A stretch of DNA of 64,000 nucleotides, from NCBI GenBank assembly GCA_034669905.1, contig JAXMOL010000003.1:96001-160000 (forward strand), written 5' to 3'. Below are positions 46,629-57,047 of this stretch, piece by piece. Position numbers and translations under genes: made by a program. The number at the start of each line of letters is the position of its first letter. Position 1 is the stretch's first letter. The notes under the pieces were generated by a model. The model made no database searches and had not been told where the DNA came from. It saw only the letters and a list, made by a program, of their open reading frames with translations. This DNA is from Candidatus Hydrogenedentota bacterium (GTDB lineage: Bacteria; Hydrogenedentota; Hydrogenedentia; Hydrogenedentales; JAEUWI01).

Positions 46629-48323
46629 TTAGAGTTTTACGATGATGTTACGTTTATACATATAGTGGGCCATGGCGTATACCAACCCAAAGTATACGAC
46701 GAAGGAGCCCAGTACCAGGGTGCCACTCGTCGTGTTCTTCAGCCCGAAATCGTCAATCACATTGCTCAGCATTTCCAGGGTGAGCGACTGGAAGATGTAG
46801 ATGAACAAGGGGTTCAGGCCAATCACCATCATGCCCGGAACGTTAAGCTTGAGCACATCACACAGGACGTAAAAGAGCAAGAGGTGGAAGAGGCACAGCG
46901 CCGTCGCCCAGAAGGGGAAGGGCAGGGTATGGTAGTTCTTCGAGAAGACCCAGGCGTTGGCCAGGCGGGGTGCCGTCTCAGGGGCCTTCGCTGCCAACAC
47001 GGTCAACTCGTCTTTCATGAGGGTCGTAAAGGTGCCCAGATCGCGTTTTGCCAGTGCGGCCTCCGCTTCGGGGTTGCCGTTGGCAATGGAAGAAAAGAAG
47101 CCGGGACTCTTGCCGACGATGGTGTTCACCTGCTCAGGTCCGCTTTTCAAATAGGGCAACGCCTGGGCGACAACCGTCAATCGCTCGCTTCTAAGCTGCT
47201 GGAAGGTTTCTAAATCTTTGGCTTCCAGGGCCTCTTCCGCCGCGGGAATGCCTTTGGCGATCGCCGTAAAGATCGGAGGGATCTTGTCCATTTTTCGTTG
47301 GATGACCGTCGTCTTTCCCTGGCTCAATTGCTCGATAGCCCGGAGCTCGCGGGACTGGTCATTCAGGAACTTGGCAAAAGCGGCCATGTCGCCACTCTCC
47401 AGTGCCTTTGCCGCGCTTTCCTTGCTGGAGGCCACAGCCGCAAATATTTCCGGGTTGGCTTCAATGTGACGCTTGAGGGGGCCGTAGGGCTCGTCCAGCA
47501 AGCGGGCCGCCGCATACGGTTCGGCCTTGTCGAAGTAGGCCTGGGTGCCGAGGTAGCGCGCGCCCCAACCGGCAATGGTCAGGATTACGCCAAAGCCGAC
47601 GAGTCCGGTGACAATCTTCTTGCGATCCTGGGTGGCCATGATGTCATAGGCGATGGTGCCGAAGATCAACATGAAGGCCCAACTCCAGTGACCAATCAAC
47701 GCGCCATTGATGGGCACATTCAAGAGGTCGCCGCGCAAGGGGATAAACATGGTGATTGCGGGCCAGTCCAGTTCCCGGCCGTATTTCCCAAGCCGGAGCA
47801 TCAGTTCGCCGTAGCTGGTGTAGGAGAAAATGAGCTGGTAGGCCACGACCAATCCGAGGGCGTAGGCGATACGTATGGACCATTTCTTATCCACAATGAG
47901 CAGGGCCACCAGGCCAGCCAGGCCGATGTTCATCAGGGCGTCCCAGAGCCAGCCGGTATAGATGGCGAAGGCGATGAGCACGAGGGTAAAGTAGCGCTTC
48001 CCCATGGCCTTTCGTGCCGTGGACGGATCGACGAACTGTACGCGGCGGGTCCAGGAGAGACGCATGCCAATGCCCACGACGAACATGAAGATGGGGGCAA
48101 TAGTATCGGCGTAGGTCATGAATTCATTGTGGTGGTGAAGTTGCTGATGGAAGATGAAGTCGAGGGTGCTCTTCAGAAAGCCATCGTTCAACTCTTCCAC
48201 CCAAGCGGTCTTGTAGTGGCCGAAGAAATTGACGAGAAGCATGCCAAAGATGGCGTAGCCCCGGAACTGGTCCAGGGAGGCGATACGGTCGGCTGTAGGT
48301 ACAGCGGCATTCTTGGTGGACAT
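46629..48323 (-). CDS. HGSNAT/DUF5009-like membrane acyltransferase with inserted 3 x 58-aa repeat domain
   Basis: RIASLDQFRG...MLLVN, TYADTIAPIFMFVVG, FSKN, GLNPLFIY, MYKRNIIVKL family motifs; about 170-aa soluble insert. Confidence 0.8.
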   Translation of the reverse strand: MSTKNAAVPTADRIASLDQFRGYAIFGMLLVNFFGHYKTAWVEELNDGFLKSTLDFIFHQQLHHHNEFMTYADTIAPIFMFVVGIGMRLSWTRRVQFVDPSTARKAMGKRYFTLVLIAFAIYTGWLWDALMNIGLAGLVALLIVDKKWSIRIAYALGLVVAYQLIFSYTSYGELMLRLGKYGRELDWPAITMFIPLRGDLLNVPINGALIGHWSWAFMLIFGTIAYDIMATQDRKKIVTGLVGFGVILTIAGWGARYLGTQAYFDKAEPYAAARLLDEPYGPLKRHIEANPEIFAAVASSKESAAKALESGDMAAFAKFLNDQSRELRAIEQLSQGKTTVIQRKMDKIPPIFTAIAKGIPAAEEALEAKDLETFQQLRSERLTVVAQALPYLKSGPEQVNTIVGKSPGFFSSIANGNPEAEAALAKRDLGTFTTLMKDELTVLAAKAPETAPRLANAWVFSKNYHTLPFPFWATALCLFHLLLFYVLCDVLKLNVPGMMVIGLNPLFIYIFQSLTLEMLSNVIDDFGLKNTTSGTLVLGSFVVYFGLVYAMAHYMYKRNIIVKL

Positions 48324-48475
48324 GGAAAACTACTCCAAGGTTAAGTGAAGGAGCTTAAAAGCATAGCATGGCAAACGGCACCAGGTAAAACGGGCTACGT
48401 GTCCCGGAGGTCACAAAAATGGCGCACGATCATCCGAGCGTGCGCCAAGGGGTGCTATGGGACTGTCTTGGGGTG

Positions 48476-49846
48476 CTAGCTCAGGGACCAGCCCTGGCGA
48501 TAGGGACGTCGAATCAGCCGTTCCGCTTCGGGCAGGTTCTTTGCCGTCATGTTTTGGGCATCCCACTCGATTTTTTTACCGACGCGATAGGCCACATTGC
48601 CGAGGTGATTGGCTTCGGTGAGCCACCCGGCATATTCAAAGTTACAGGTGGTAGGCTCACCTGTCTTACAGGCATGAATCCACTCGGCGTAGTGGCCCTT
48701 CGATTTGGGGATGAAGGGCTCCGGCGCTTCGAAGTCCGCAAAGTCTGCCTCCGGGAGGAGCATGTGTTTTCCGTAGTCGGCGAGGAGCATCCCCTTGTCG
48801 CCCACGAAAAGGACGCCGCTGCCCCACTGGGGAATGGCCTTTTCCTTCCACAAGTCGGGCTTGTGGGTGCCCTGGTACCAGGTAAGGTTCAGGGGCGCAC
48901 GATCACCGCGGGCACCATAGGTGTAGCGGGCTTCCATGGAGGCAGGGGCCACTTCGGCATTGGCCGGAGGGCCGGACGCTTCAATGGTGAGGGGGTGGTC
49001 CAAATCGAGGGCCCAGAAGGGCAGGTCGATCCAGTGGCTGCCCAGATCCGACATGGTGCCATTGCCAAAGTCCCACCACCGATACCACTTGGGGCCGGGC
49101 ACGTAGAGGTTGCTGAAGGCCCGCTCGGGCGCCGGTCCCAGCCAGAGGTCCCAGTCGAGTCCTTCGGGGATCGGGTCGGCCTTGGTCGGGCGATCCTGAA
49201 CGAAGACAATATCCTTGGCGGCCTTGGAAGCCGCTTCGTTTTCGTGCCAGCCCCAGGCACGGCCTACCCACACGTGGACATCAGAGACGGTGCCGATGGC
49301 GCCAGACTGGACGAGCTCAACGACCCGACGGTAATTGTCGCCCGCGTGAATCTGGGTGCCCATCTGGGTGGCAACGCCTGCTTTGTTGGCCGCCTCACGG
49401 ATAACCCGCGCCTCGTAGACACTGTGGGTGAGGGGCTTCTCGCAATAGACGTGTTTTCCCAACTGGAGCGCCGGAAGGGTCGCGAAGGTGTGGGTGTGCT
49501 CGCAGGTACTGACGACGACGGCATCGAATTCATCGGCGTGGTCGTAGAGCTTGCGAAAATCCCGGACGGTGCGGGCCTTGGGAAACTTGGCTGCTGCGCT
49601 ATCCAGGTTGGCCTGGCTGACATCGCACAGGGCCACAATGTTTTCGGATTTCACACCGTTCAGGTTTGCACCGCCCCGACCGCCTGATCCGATGATGGCG
49701 ATATTCAGCTTTTCGTTAAGATTCTGTCCCCGCACGATGGCAGGCGCCGCGAAGGTCGTCGCTGCCGCCGTGGCGGAAGCCTGTAGAAAGCGACGCCGCG
49801 AAACGGCGCCTTTTCCCGAATGCGGTATAGCAGTTTTTTTGGTCAT
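48476..49846 (-). CDS. Tat-exported Gfo/Idh/MocA family oxidoreductase
   Basis: [35 protein letters not shown]. Confidence 0.93.
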   Translation of the reverse strand: MTKKTAIPHSGKGAVSRRRFLQASATAAATTFAAPAIVRGQNLNEKLNIAIIGSGGRGGANLNGVKSENIVALCDVSQANLDSAAAKFPKARTVRDFRKLYDHADEFDAVVVSTCEHTHTFATLPALQLGKHVYCEKPLTHSVYEARVIREAANKAGVATQMGTQIHAGDNYRRVVELVQSGAIGTVSDVHVWVGRAWGWHENEAASKAAKDIVFVQDRPTKADPIPEGLDWDLWLGPAPERAFSNLYVPGPKWYRWWDFGNGTMSDLGSHWIDLPFWALDLDHPLTIEASGPPANAEVAPASMEARYTYGARGDRAPLNLTWYQGTHKPDLWKEKAIPQWGSGVLFVGDKGMLLADYGKHMLLPEADFADFEAPEPFIPKSKGHYAEWIHACKTGEPTTCNFEYAGWLTEANHLGNVAYRVGKKIEWDAQNMTAKNLPEAERLIRRPYRQGWSLS

Positions 49847-49889
49847 AATAGAGTTATCCCTCGTTTCGTAGCACCATTGCTATGGGGAC

Positions 49890-50858
49890 TCAGTCTACGC
49901 CGAGCTCGGGCGTGGCCGCAAGCAGAGAATCGGCGCGGGCTGGCGTGGTGGAAGTGGGAAGCCTTGCATTGTCCACCAGCACGCCCCGATTCCGCAGGTG
50001 TTGTGCAGCTTCTGGCCGTCCCAGGAGCTCTAGGGCCAGGGCGCCATCGCGGAGCAAGTGGTGATCGCGGGTATCCGGATCCGGCCCCCAGCGTCGCTGA
50101 AGTTCCTCCAGGGCGGCCCTCGCATCACGATGTTGCCCCGCCACATCCTGCTCTCGGGCGTGTACCTGGGCGCGGAGCAGCAACCAGGAGCTTTTCCATC
50201 GCGTGGATTGCAGGCGCGCCTCAATTTCCGTGCGGGCTGCATCCAGTTGGTGGGCATCAATCAGGGCGCGGACCCAGGCGCGGTGCAGGACGACGCTCGG
50301 GTTGCGGTTGCGGGCTGCGGCCAGGGCGTTCACCCGCTCGTCATATCGCCCCAGCTGGGCCAGGCACTCGGCTTCTGCGAGGAACCAGTCTACTTCCGGG
50401 CGGGTGGATTCCAATGCATCAGTCCAGCGCCGCCGCGCAGCCTCCCACCGCTGCGTGTTCTCGTAAATCCGGGCAAGCAGGGCATAGTAGGGGGCCTTTC
50501 GGTCGACCGATGGAGCGTTCGCCAGCCCGCGCTGTGCGACGTGTTCTGCTTCGGCGAGCTTGCCCTGCGTCAAGAGGGCGGCGGCAAGGCCACTGAGTGC
50601 CGCCCCATAGTTGGGCTGGAGGGCCAGGGCGGCGTTGAAGTCATCGACTGCAGGGGTGGGATTTCCCGCGTAGCTGTGTTCGAAGGCCCGGGCGGTCAAT
50701 AAGCGGGCCGTAACACCGCCCGCTTCCATGCGGTGGGTCAGTGCATGGATGACGTCACCGGGGTTGTCGTGTGCGAAGACGGGCAGCGCGACGGTGATCA
50801 CGATAACGCCCCGCAGGAAGATGCGCGACCATCGTCTATGAAGCATGATCTCGTTCAC
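49890..50858 (-). CDS. exported tetratricopeptide-repeat protein
   Basis: Signal peptide ending VFA|HD; Ala/Leu/Arg-rich TPR-like helices (DFNAALALQPNY); overlaps the phosphatase stop. Confidence 0.75.
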   Translation of the reverse strand: MNEIMLHRRWSRIFLRGVIVITVALPVFAHDNPGDVIHALTHRMEAGGVTARLLTARAFEHSYAGNPTPAVDDFNAALALQPNYGAALSGLAAALLTQGKLAEAEHVAQRGLANAPSVDRKAPYYALLARIYENTQRWEAARRRWTDALESTRPEVDWFLAEAECLAQLGRYDERVNALAAARNRNPSVVLHRAWVRALIDAHQLDAARTEIEARLQSTRWKSSWLLLRAQVHAREQDVAGQHRDARAALEELQRRWGPDPDTRDHHLLRDGALALELLGRPEAAQHLRNRGVLVDNARLPTSTTPARADSLLAATPELGVD

Positions 50859-52888
50859 GGGACCTGTTGGCGAATCTTGAAGGAGAGATACTCGGCTGTG
50901 TTGTGAGCAGGCACGATAAATCCGAGATGCCCGTCGGAGAGCTCGGCGCCGGCGTCGAATTGGAAGGTCGGGGTGTCGTCGAAGGAAACATCGTTTCCGC
51001 TATTCGAAAGCACCATCTTAATCTTGAGCCATTTATCCCGGACGATCGTGACTTCTTTTTCTACGATGAGTCGCTCCGCGCCCTTGGCCACCTGGCTGAT
51101 GCGTAAGGTGTTGGTGGCGCCATGGAGGACCAGTTGCCAATAGTTCTCAGGGTCCACGAAACCGAAGACCAGTCCCGCGCGCTCATCCTGGGGGCCGGGA
51201 AAACGTACGTAGCTCTCATATTGAAACTTCTGGGTGCGATTGGGGCGGAAGACGCCAATGAGTGGCTGCGACTGGGCCGTTGCCCTCAGGTGCCGACTCT
51301 TGCCTTCGTTCGCGATTACTGCCATGCCGTTGGGGTTGCCGGTGGCGACTTCCCAGTATGCCGGTGCTTCGCCCGGCGTGTCCTCTGCAAAGTTGAAATG
51401 GTGGCGGGAGAGGAGGGTAATGTCGTGCGCGGGTTGCCAGGGGTTTTCGACCCGCTCCGGAGAGACCGTACCCTGTTTCACGATGCGAAAAAGATCCTGT
51501 GTGGCCCCATATTTGTCCACCATCGTTCCGGTGAGCGAATCGTCGGCAATATCGAGGATCACGGAGCCGTGTTCCACGCTGATGGAACGCATGACGGGGC
51601 TGGTGCCCATGCGGCCATTGGTGGTTCCACCGTGGCCTGCCACGATGGCAACCGAGCCTTCATTGGGTTGGAGTCCATGGCTCTTCCGATAGGCCCCGTC
51701 CCCCGAGGGGTTGCCGTCGCCATCGTCCAGGATAACGCCTTCGGCGACCGTGGGAGTGGCGTAGGCACCATCCATGAGCATGCTGCGTTCGTAAATGTGG
51801 GAGTGTCCGGTGAGGGTCAGGTCTACCCCGGCCGATTCGAGGATGGGCATGAAGGATTCCCGCATTTCGATTTCGCGGTGTTCCGCATCACTGTCGTGGG
51901 TGCCCTTACTGTACGGGGGGTGGTGCCAGAAGGCGATGAGCCATTGGGCTTGGGCCTGTTCCAGATCGGCACGGAGCCATTGGGCCATGGCGCCGTCGGG
52001 TTTGCGGTCGAGGTCGTGGGAGTCGAGGCATATAAAGTGCACGTTGGCAATGTCGAAGGAGAAGTAGGCTTCGGTGCCGGAAGGCGCGCCACCTGCTTCA
52101 CCGGCGGTGGGCACAACATAGGCATCAAAGTAGGGGCCATAGCCCGAAATGCCGCGGGAAGTGACTCCTTCATGGTTTCCGATGGCGGGCCAGCAGACCG
52201 TATTGCGAAGGGTCGACTGGTAGGGCTCAAAGAAGCGCTTCTGGAATTCCCAGTCTGTGCCGTCGTCGTAGGCCATATCCCCCACGTGGATGAAATGGTC
52301 TATGGGCCGTCCTGATGCCGCTGCGAAGGAACGCATGGCGTCAAAGACCATAATCTGCTCTTTACTGCCTTTACCCGAATCTCCGAGCACCCAGATCCGC
52401 ATGTCAGGATTACTTTTTACCGGGGGGTGGGTCTTGAAGAAGTGGTCCCTGTCGCCACCCGCGAGGCGCGTGTCCCCGTCGTAAACCGCGTAGTAGTACG
52501 TCGTGTCGGGCTGCAGTCCGCTGACGTGTGCTTCATATTGATAGGTGTTTGGGGCGGTGGAGGGATCATGGTCTTTCGGGTTGCGCTTGGCGGCCGACTC
52601 TGCCGGTTCTTTGTAGAGGTGCGGGATTTCGTCGGCGGCAGCGACATCTTCTGATACCCGCAGGGTAATCGCGTCGCCCGCCACGCTATGGGGTAGTTGA
52701 TCGGGCGCGCTACCGTATCGGAGTTGGGGGGCAGTCGCGCCCTCGGTGCGCCAGACGACCACCATCGACTGGGGGGTGCCCTGTTGCAGATAGGGGCCGC
52801 GATAGAGAGGGGCCGCATGGGTACAGGTCGTCATCAGGAGGGTCAGGAGGGCGAAGGAGGACACGAAGGCGGGTCTGAACAGGGTCAT
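50855..52888 (-). CDS. secreted purple acid phosphatase-like metallophosphoesterase with C-terminal beta-sandwich domain
   Basis: RGPYLQ and FN3-like N-domain; GDSG, GDMAY, GNHE, HHPPY, GHSHIYER motifs; C-terminal lectin/DUF1080-like beta region. Confidence 0.88.
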   Translation of the reverse strand: MTLFRPAFVSSFALLTLLMTTCTHAAPLYRGPYLQQGTPQSMVVVWRTEGATAPQLRYGSAPDQLPHSVAGDAITLRVSEDVAAADEIPHLYKEPAESAAKRNPKDHDPSTAPNTYQYEAHVSGLQPDTTYYYAVYDGDTRLAGGDRDHFFKTHPPVKSNPDMRIWVLGDSGKGSKEQIMVFDAMRSFAAASGRPIDHFIHVGDMAYDDGTDWEFQKRFFEPYQSTLRNTVCWPAIGNHEGVTSRGISGYGPYFDAYVVPTAGEAGGAPSGTEAYFSFDIANVHFICLDSHDLDRKPDGAMAQWLRADLEQAQAQWLIAFWHHPPYSKGTHDSDAEHREIEMRESFMPILESAGVDLTLTGHSHIYERSMLMDGAYATPTVAEGVILDDGDGNPSGDGAYRKSHGLQPNEGSVAIVAGHGGTTNGRMGTSPVMRSISVEHGSVILDIADDSLTGTMVDKYGATQDLFRIVKQGTVSPERVENPWQPAHDITLLSRHHFNFAEDTPGEAPAYWEVATGNPNGMAVIANEGKSRHLRATAQSQPLIGVFRPNRTQKFQYESYVRFPGPQDERAGLVFGFVDPENYWQLVLHGATNTLRISQVAKGAERLIVEKEVTIVRDKWLKIKMVLSNSGNDVSFDDTPTFQFDAGAELSDGHLGFIVPAHNTAEYLSFKIRQQVP

Positions 52889-53315
52889 GACAAACGCTCC
52901 AGGTAGGCAAGGCAGATCACGCCCCATTGGCGAAACCACGTTCAGGATAGCGCGGGTGCATAGATTTCGTCAAGGCCGTGTTTCGTGGCTTGTTGCCGTG
53001 TGCTCCTGTTTCAAGGCGGGCCAGAAGTTGCGGGCAAGGTGAAGGAGATAAGCATTGTAGCTAGAAAAAAAGTGATCTATACTAGGCTTAATGGAGCGGC
53101 GGGATCGGGTAGCGGGTTTAATCAGAGAGGCCTGAATATGGCTGGTGTATGGCAACGCGGGGCAGTGGGCAGGGTACGTGTGTATCGGGCACGCGTGGGG
53201 CGTGCCCTTGCGGTGAAGGTGGCGGGGGGCTTGACCGACGCTCCAACGGCACCGGCAGCGATGGGAGAACGCTTTTTCTCGCGCAGGACGATGTCGATGT
53301 GGAAGGCGGGGAGAC

Positions 53316-56300
53316 ATGGATAATCCATGGAATGTACTCGTGGTTGAAGATTCAGCCCAAGACTACGAGCGCGTAGTTCACATCTTGCGGGAGGCGGGGC
53401 GCCTTGGTGCGCACCGGCAGGTCGATGACATGAACGGCCTGATGGACGCCCTTAGCACCCATTCCTGGGATGCGGTGCTCTATAAATACAAGATGGGGGG
53501 GATGGAACTAGAGTCGTGTGTCGCCCTCCTGGAAGAGTTTCAGCTTGGGGTTCCACTCATCGTTGTATCCGGGGGGCTAGATGCGGAAGAGGCCATGCCG
53601 TTGTTGCGGCTGGGTGTGTCGGATTTCGTGTCCCACGATGCGTATGCCCGATTGCTCCCCTGTATCGAGCGGTGCGTCGCTGAGGCGTCGGAGCGAACGG
53701 GGCGTCAGCAGGCGGAATCCGAGCTTTCGGAAAGTCGTCGATTTGCCCGACTGACCTTGGATGCCCTTTCAACCCATATCGCGGTGTTGGATAGTGACGG
53801 ATGGATACTCGCCGTGAATAAGGCCTGGCGGGACTTTGCGACCGAAAACGGTATTGCGTCTGAGGCGGTGAGCGAGGGGGTAAATTATCTTGCGGTGTGT
53901 GATCGCGCTAATTCCTCGGTGGGCACCCTGATTCGTGAAGTCGTCAGCGGTGAAAGTCGGGAGGCGGGCTACGAGTATCCCTGTCACAGCCCATCGGAGG
54001 AGCGGTGGTTCCACTGCAAGATTACCCGGTTTTCCGATGAGGGCCCCGTGCGCATTGTGGTTGACCACAAGAACACGACCGCCCTGAAACGGGCCGATAT
54101 GGAAATGCGTCGACGGGAGTCCCAGCTGTTGGCCCAGCGAAATGCCCTGATTTCCCTGAGTGGCCATTCGCCCGGCAGGGAGCGGGATATCACACAGGTC
54201 CTCCACGCGATTACGGAAATCGGAGCCCGAACCTCCGAGGTGGCACGCCTGAGTATCTGGAAACTGTCCGACGCCCGAACGACGATTTCCTGCCTGGACC
54301 TCTATGATGCCCAGTCGAATACCCATATCGACGGCATGGAGTTGGCCGCCCAGGATTATCCCCGATATTTTTCGGCCATGCTTGAGGGGCAGTTAGTCGC
54401 CGTCAGCGATGCCATGCAGGATCCGATGACGCGCGAGTTTGCGGCGGAATATTTTCCGAGTTTTGGTATTGCCTCCATATTGGTTGTCCCCATCCATCTG
54501 GGCGGAATTACCTGTGGCGTGTTGTGCAATGAACATGTGGGCTCGGTGCGGTATTGGAATTCCGACGAGAAAACCTTTGCCTTGGCCATCGCCAATCAGG
54601 TGTCGATCGTGCTGGAGCAGTGGGAACGACGACAGGCGGAAGAGGATCTTCGCCTGCATAACGCCGCCCTGAATGCCACCAGTAACGGCGTTTTGATTGC
54701 CCGGGCAGATGGCGCCATCACATGGGCCAACCCTGCATTCCTGCAGATGTCGGGCTATGAGCGTGATGAGGTGCTGGGGAAACGGCCCTTTGGCTTTGTC
54801 GATTCGAAAAGCTATCGTCCTGATTTCTTCGAACAGATCTGGTTGACGGTGCAATCCGGAGGGACCTGGTCTGGCCATGTGACCTGTCGTAGGAAAGATG
54901 GCACCACCTATACGGAATCGCAAACTATTTCACCGATCCGAGATAAGGCGGATCATGTTACCCATGTCGTCGTGATCAAGGAGGATGTGACCGAGCGTAT
55001 CGGGGCGGAAAAGAAACTCTGGAAGGCTCGGGAGCGACTCGATCGGGCTATTGACGCGGGCAACATTGTTCTTTGGGAGTGGGATCTGGCGACCGATGTG
55101 GTGGAGCACTCGGAGCAGTGGGCGCGGGGCTCCGACTACACCGGCGGCGTCGCGTTTCAATCCATGGATAGTTGGTTGGCCCAGGTTCATCGGGATGATG
55201 TCGGACCGTTGCGGCAGATGTTGGAAGATTGCAGCTACGCGCCGGGGAAGACCTTTCAGAAGGAGTTTCGATCGGCCAATGCAGACGGTTCCTATAGCTG
55301 GCACTTGCTGGGGGCCCTGGCGGAGACGGAAGAAACCGGGAAGATCGCGCGATTCATTGGAACCGTGATGGATATTACGGACCGTAAACGCCTGGAAGTA
55401 GAGTACCGGCAGGCCCAGAAAATGGAATGTGTTGGACGTCTTGCGGGGGGCGTGGCGCACGATTTCAACAACTTGCTTGGGGTTATTGGCGGGTATTCCG
55501 AGTTTGCACTGGAGGAGCTGGAAGAGGCGGACCCACTGCGGGAGAATCTTGTACAGATCAAACGTGCTGCCGAGCGGGCCGCCGATCTTACCCGCCAACT
55601 ACTGGCCTTCAGTCGGCGTCAGATATTGCAGCCGGAAGTGGTCGACCTGGCTGAGGTGGTCACCGGCACGGAAAAGATGTTGCGCCGGGTTATTGGGGAG
55701 GACATCCGCCTCGAACTGGACTTCAGCGAGGACCTGGGGCAGATCATGGCGGACCCGGGGCAGCTGGAGCAGATTCTGATGAATCTCATCGTAAATGCCC
55801 GAGATGCTATGCCCCGGGGCGGGAGGCTCTGGATAGAGACCCGTAATGTAGAATTAGACGAAGCCGCCGCGGCGCAGCGTAGCGGTGCCTATGCGGGGTC
55901 GTATGTGAGCCTCAGGGTTCGGGATACGGGTTCCGGAATGGATCAGCGTACTGCCGATCAGATCTTTGAACCCTTCTTTACCACGAAGGAAAAGGGGAAG
56001 GGTACGGGATTGGGCCTCGCCACGGTCTATGGCATTGTGAAGCAGAGTGGTGGCTCAATCTGGGTGGAAAGCGAGATGGGCCAGGGAACGGCCTTCGAAG
56101 TGCTTTTCCCCCGGATTGATGGGACGGTCACGACCCACCGCGGTGCTGAGGTGCCGTCGGAATTGGCCCGGGGAGATGAGACCATCCTGCTGATTGAAGA
56201 TGAGGATGCGCTCCGGGCAGTCACCCGAACCCTGCTCAGCCGGATGGGCTATACGGTGGTGGCGGCAGAGAATGGGGACAAGGCGCTCGCGTTGTATGCG

Positions 56301-56561
56301 CAAGACAATCTCAACGTGGACGTCGTGCTCTCGGACGTCGTGATGCCCGGAAAGAGCGGACCGGAGACCGTCGAACGGTTGCGTGAAATGAAGCCCGAGC
56401 TCAAGGTGCTCTTCATGTCGGGGTATGCGGCCGATACCATTGCGCTCCATGGAGCCATGCGTGATGACGACGGGTTCATCAATAAGCCCTTTTCCTTTGC
56501 GCAACTGACCCAGCGACTTCGAAAGTTGTTGGATTCGGAATCGAGCACCTGCCAACCCTAG
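53316..56561 (+). CDS. hybrid histidine kinase REC-PAS-GAF-PAS-PAS-HisKA-HATPase-REC
   Basis: AHDFNNLL H-box, NARDAM, FEPFFTTKEKGKGTGLGL, C-terminal REC SDVVMP; GAF ending WNSDEKTFA. Confidence 0.93.
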   Translation: MDNPWNVLVVEDSAQDYERVVHILREAGRLGAHRQVDDMNGLMDALSTHSWDAVLYKYKMGGMELESCVALLEEFQLGVPLIVVSGGLDAEEAMPLLRLGVSDFVSHDAYARLLPCIERCVAEASERTGRQQAESELSESRRFARLTLDALSTHIAVLDSDGWILAVNKAWRDFATENGIASEAVSEGVNYLAVCDRANSSVGTLIREVVSGESREAGYEYPCHSPSEERWFHCKITRFSDEGPVRIVVDHKNTTALKRADMEMRRRESQLLAQRNALISLSGHSPGRERDITQVLHAITEIGARTSEVARLSIWKLSDARTTISCLDLYDAQSNTHIDGMELAAQDYPRYFSAMLEGQLVAVSDAMQDPMTREFAAEYFPSFGIASILVVPIHLGGITCGVLCNEHVGSVRYWNSDEKTFALAIANQVSIVLEQWERRQAEEDLRLHNAALNATSNGVLIARADGAITWANPAFLQMSGYERDEVLGKRPFGFVDSKSYRPDFFEQIWLTVQSGGTWSGHVTCRRKDGTTYTESQTISPIRDKADHVTHVVVIKEDVTERIGAEKKLWKARERLDRAIDAGNIVLWEWDLATDVVEHSEQWARGSDYTGGVAFQSMDSWLAQVHRDDVGPLRQMLEDCSYAPGKTFQKEFRSANADGSYSWHLLGALAETEETGKIARFIGTVMDITDRKRLEVEYRQAQKMECVGRLAGGVAHDFNNLLGVIGGYSEFALEELEEADPLRENLVQIKRAAERAADLTRQLLAFSRRQILQPEVVDLAEVVTGTEKMLRRVIGEDIRLELDFSEDLGQIMADPGQLEQILMNLIVNARDAMPRGGRLWIETRNVELDEAAAAQRSGAYAGSYVSLRVRDTGSGMDQRTADQIFEPFFTTKEKGKGTGLGLATVYGIVKQSGGSIWVESEMGQGTAFEVLFPRIDGTVTTHRGAEVPSELARGDETILLIEDEDALRAVTRTLLSRMGYTVVAAENGDKALALYAQDNLNVDVVLSDVVMPGKSGPETVERLREMKPELKVLFMSGYAADTIALHGAMRDDDGFINKPFSFAQLTQRLRKLLDSESSTCQP

Positions 56562-57047
56562 CATTTTGAGGGCACCGCTTCGGAAAAGGGGAGAGGCCGT
56601 GTTTTTGGGGGCCGTGGGGGCGTGCGGAGCGTTTTCCAGTCGCTACGTGCCGCGTTTTCAGAGTGACACCCGACCACCAGTCCGGGACGTTTCGCGAAAA
56701 AACCGCATATGTCCTATCTCTTCGGGGGAAATCGGAGCGGTAATCTATAGATTTACGGCTTTTTCCCATGTACAATTCGGGGTGGTTGTGGTATCTTGTG
56801 TCAAGGTGTAGTGGGTGGCCTTCGAGTAGAATACCGTCTGTGGACCGCCCCAACCAGCGCCATGGAATTTCCACACGTGACGCCGGTGCTAAACTTTTTG
56901 CGCCGCGAAATGGACGGCGGTTCCGCCAGTCAGATTCTCGCGTGGATACCTAACTCCCGGGGGTAAATTGCCGGAGTGAAGCAATTTGGTGACTCCGACT
57001 CGTGCCATCCGTTTCGGGAGGAGCAAGATCCCGGGCGCGGCGGACTA

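Noticed and set aside
47887..47895. Perfect DnaA box TTATCCACA
   Set aside because: Single copy inside a CDS; compatible with chance
52970..53323. Short ORFs between the phosphatase and the hybrid kinase
   Set aside because: No clear RBS or motif; the region looks like a divergent promoter and leader
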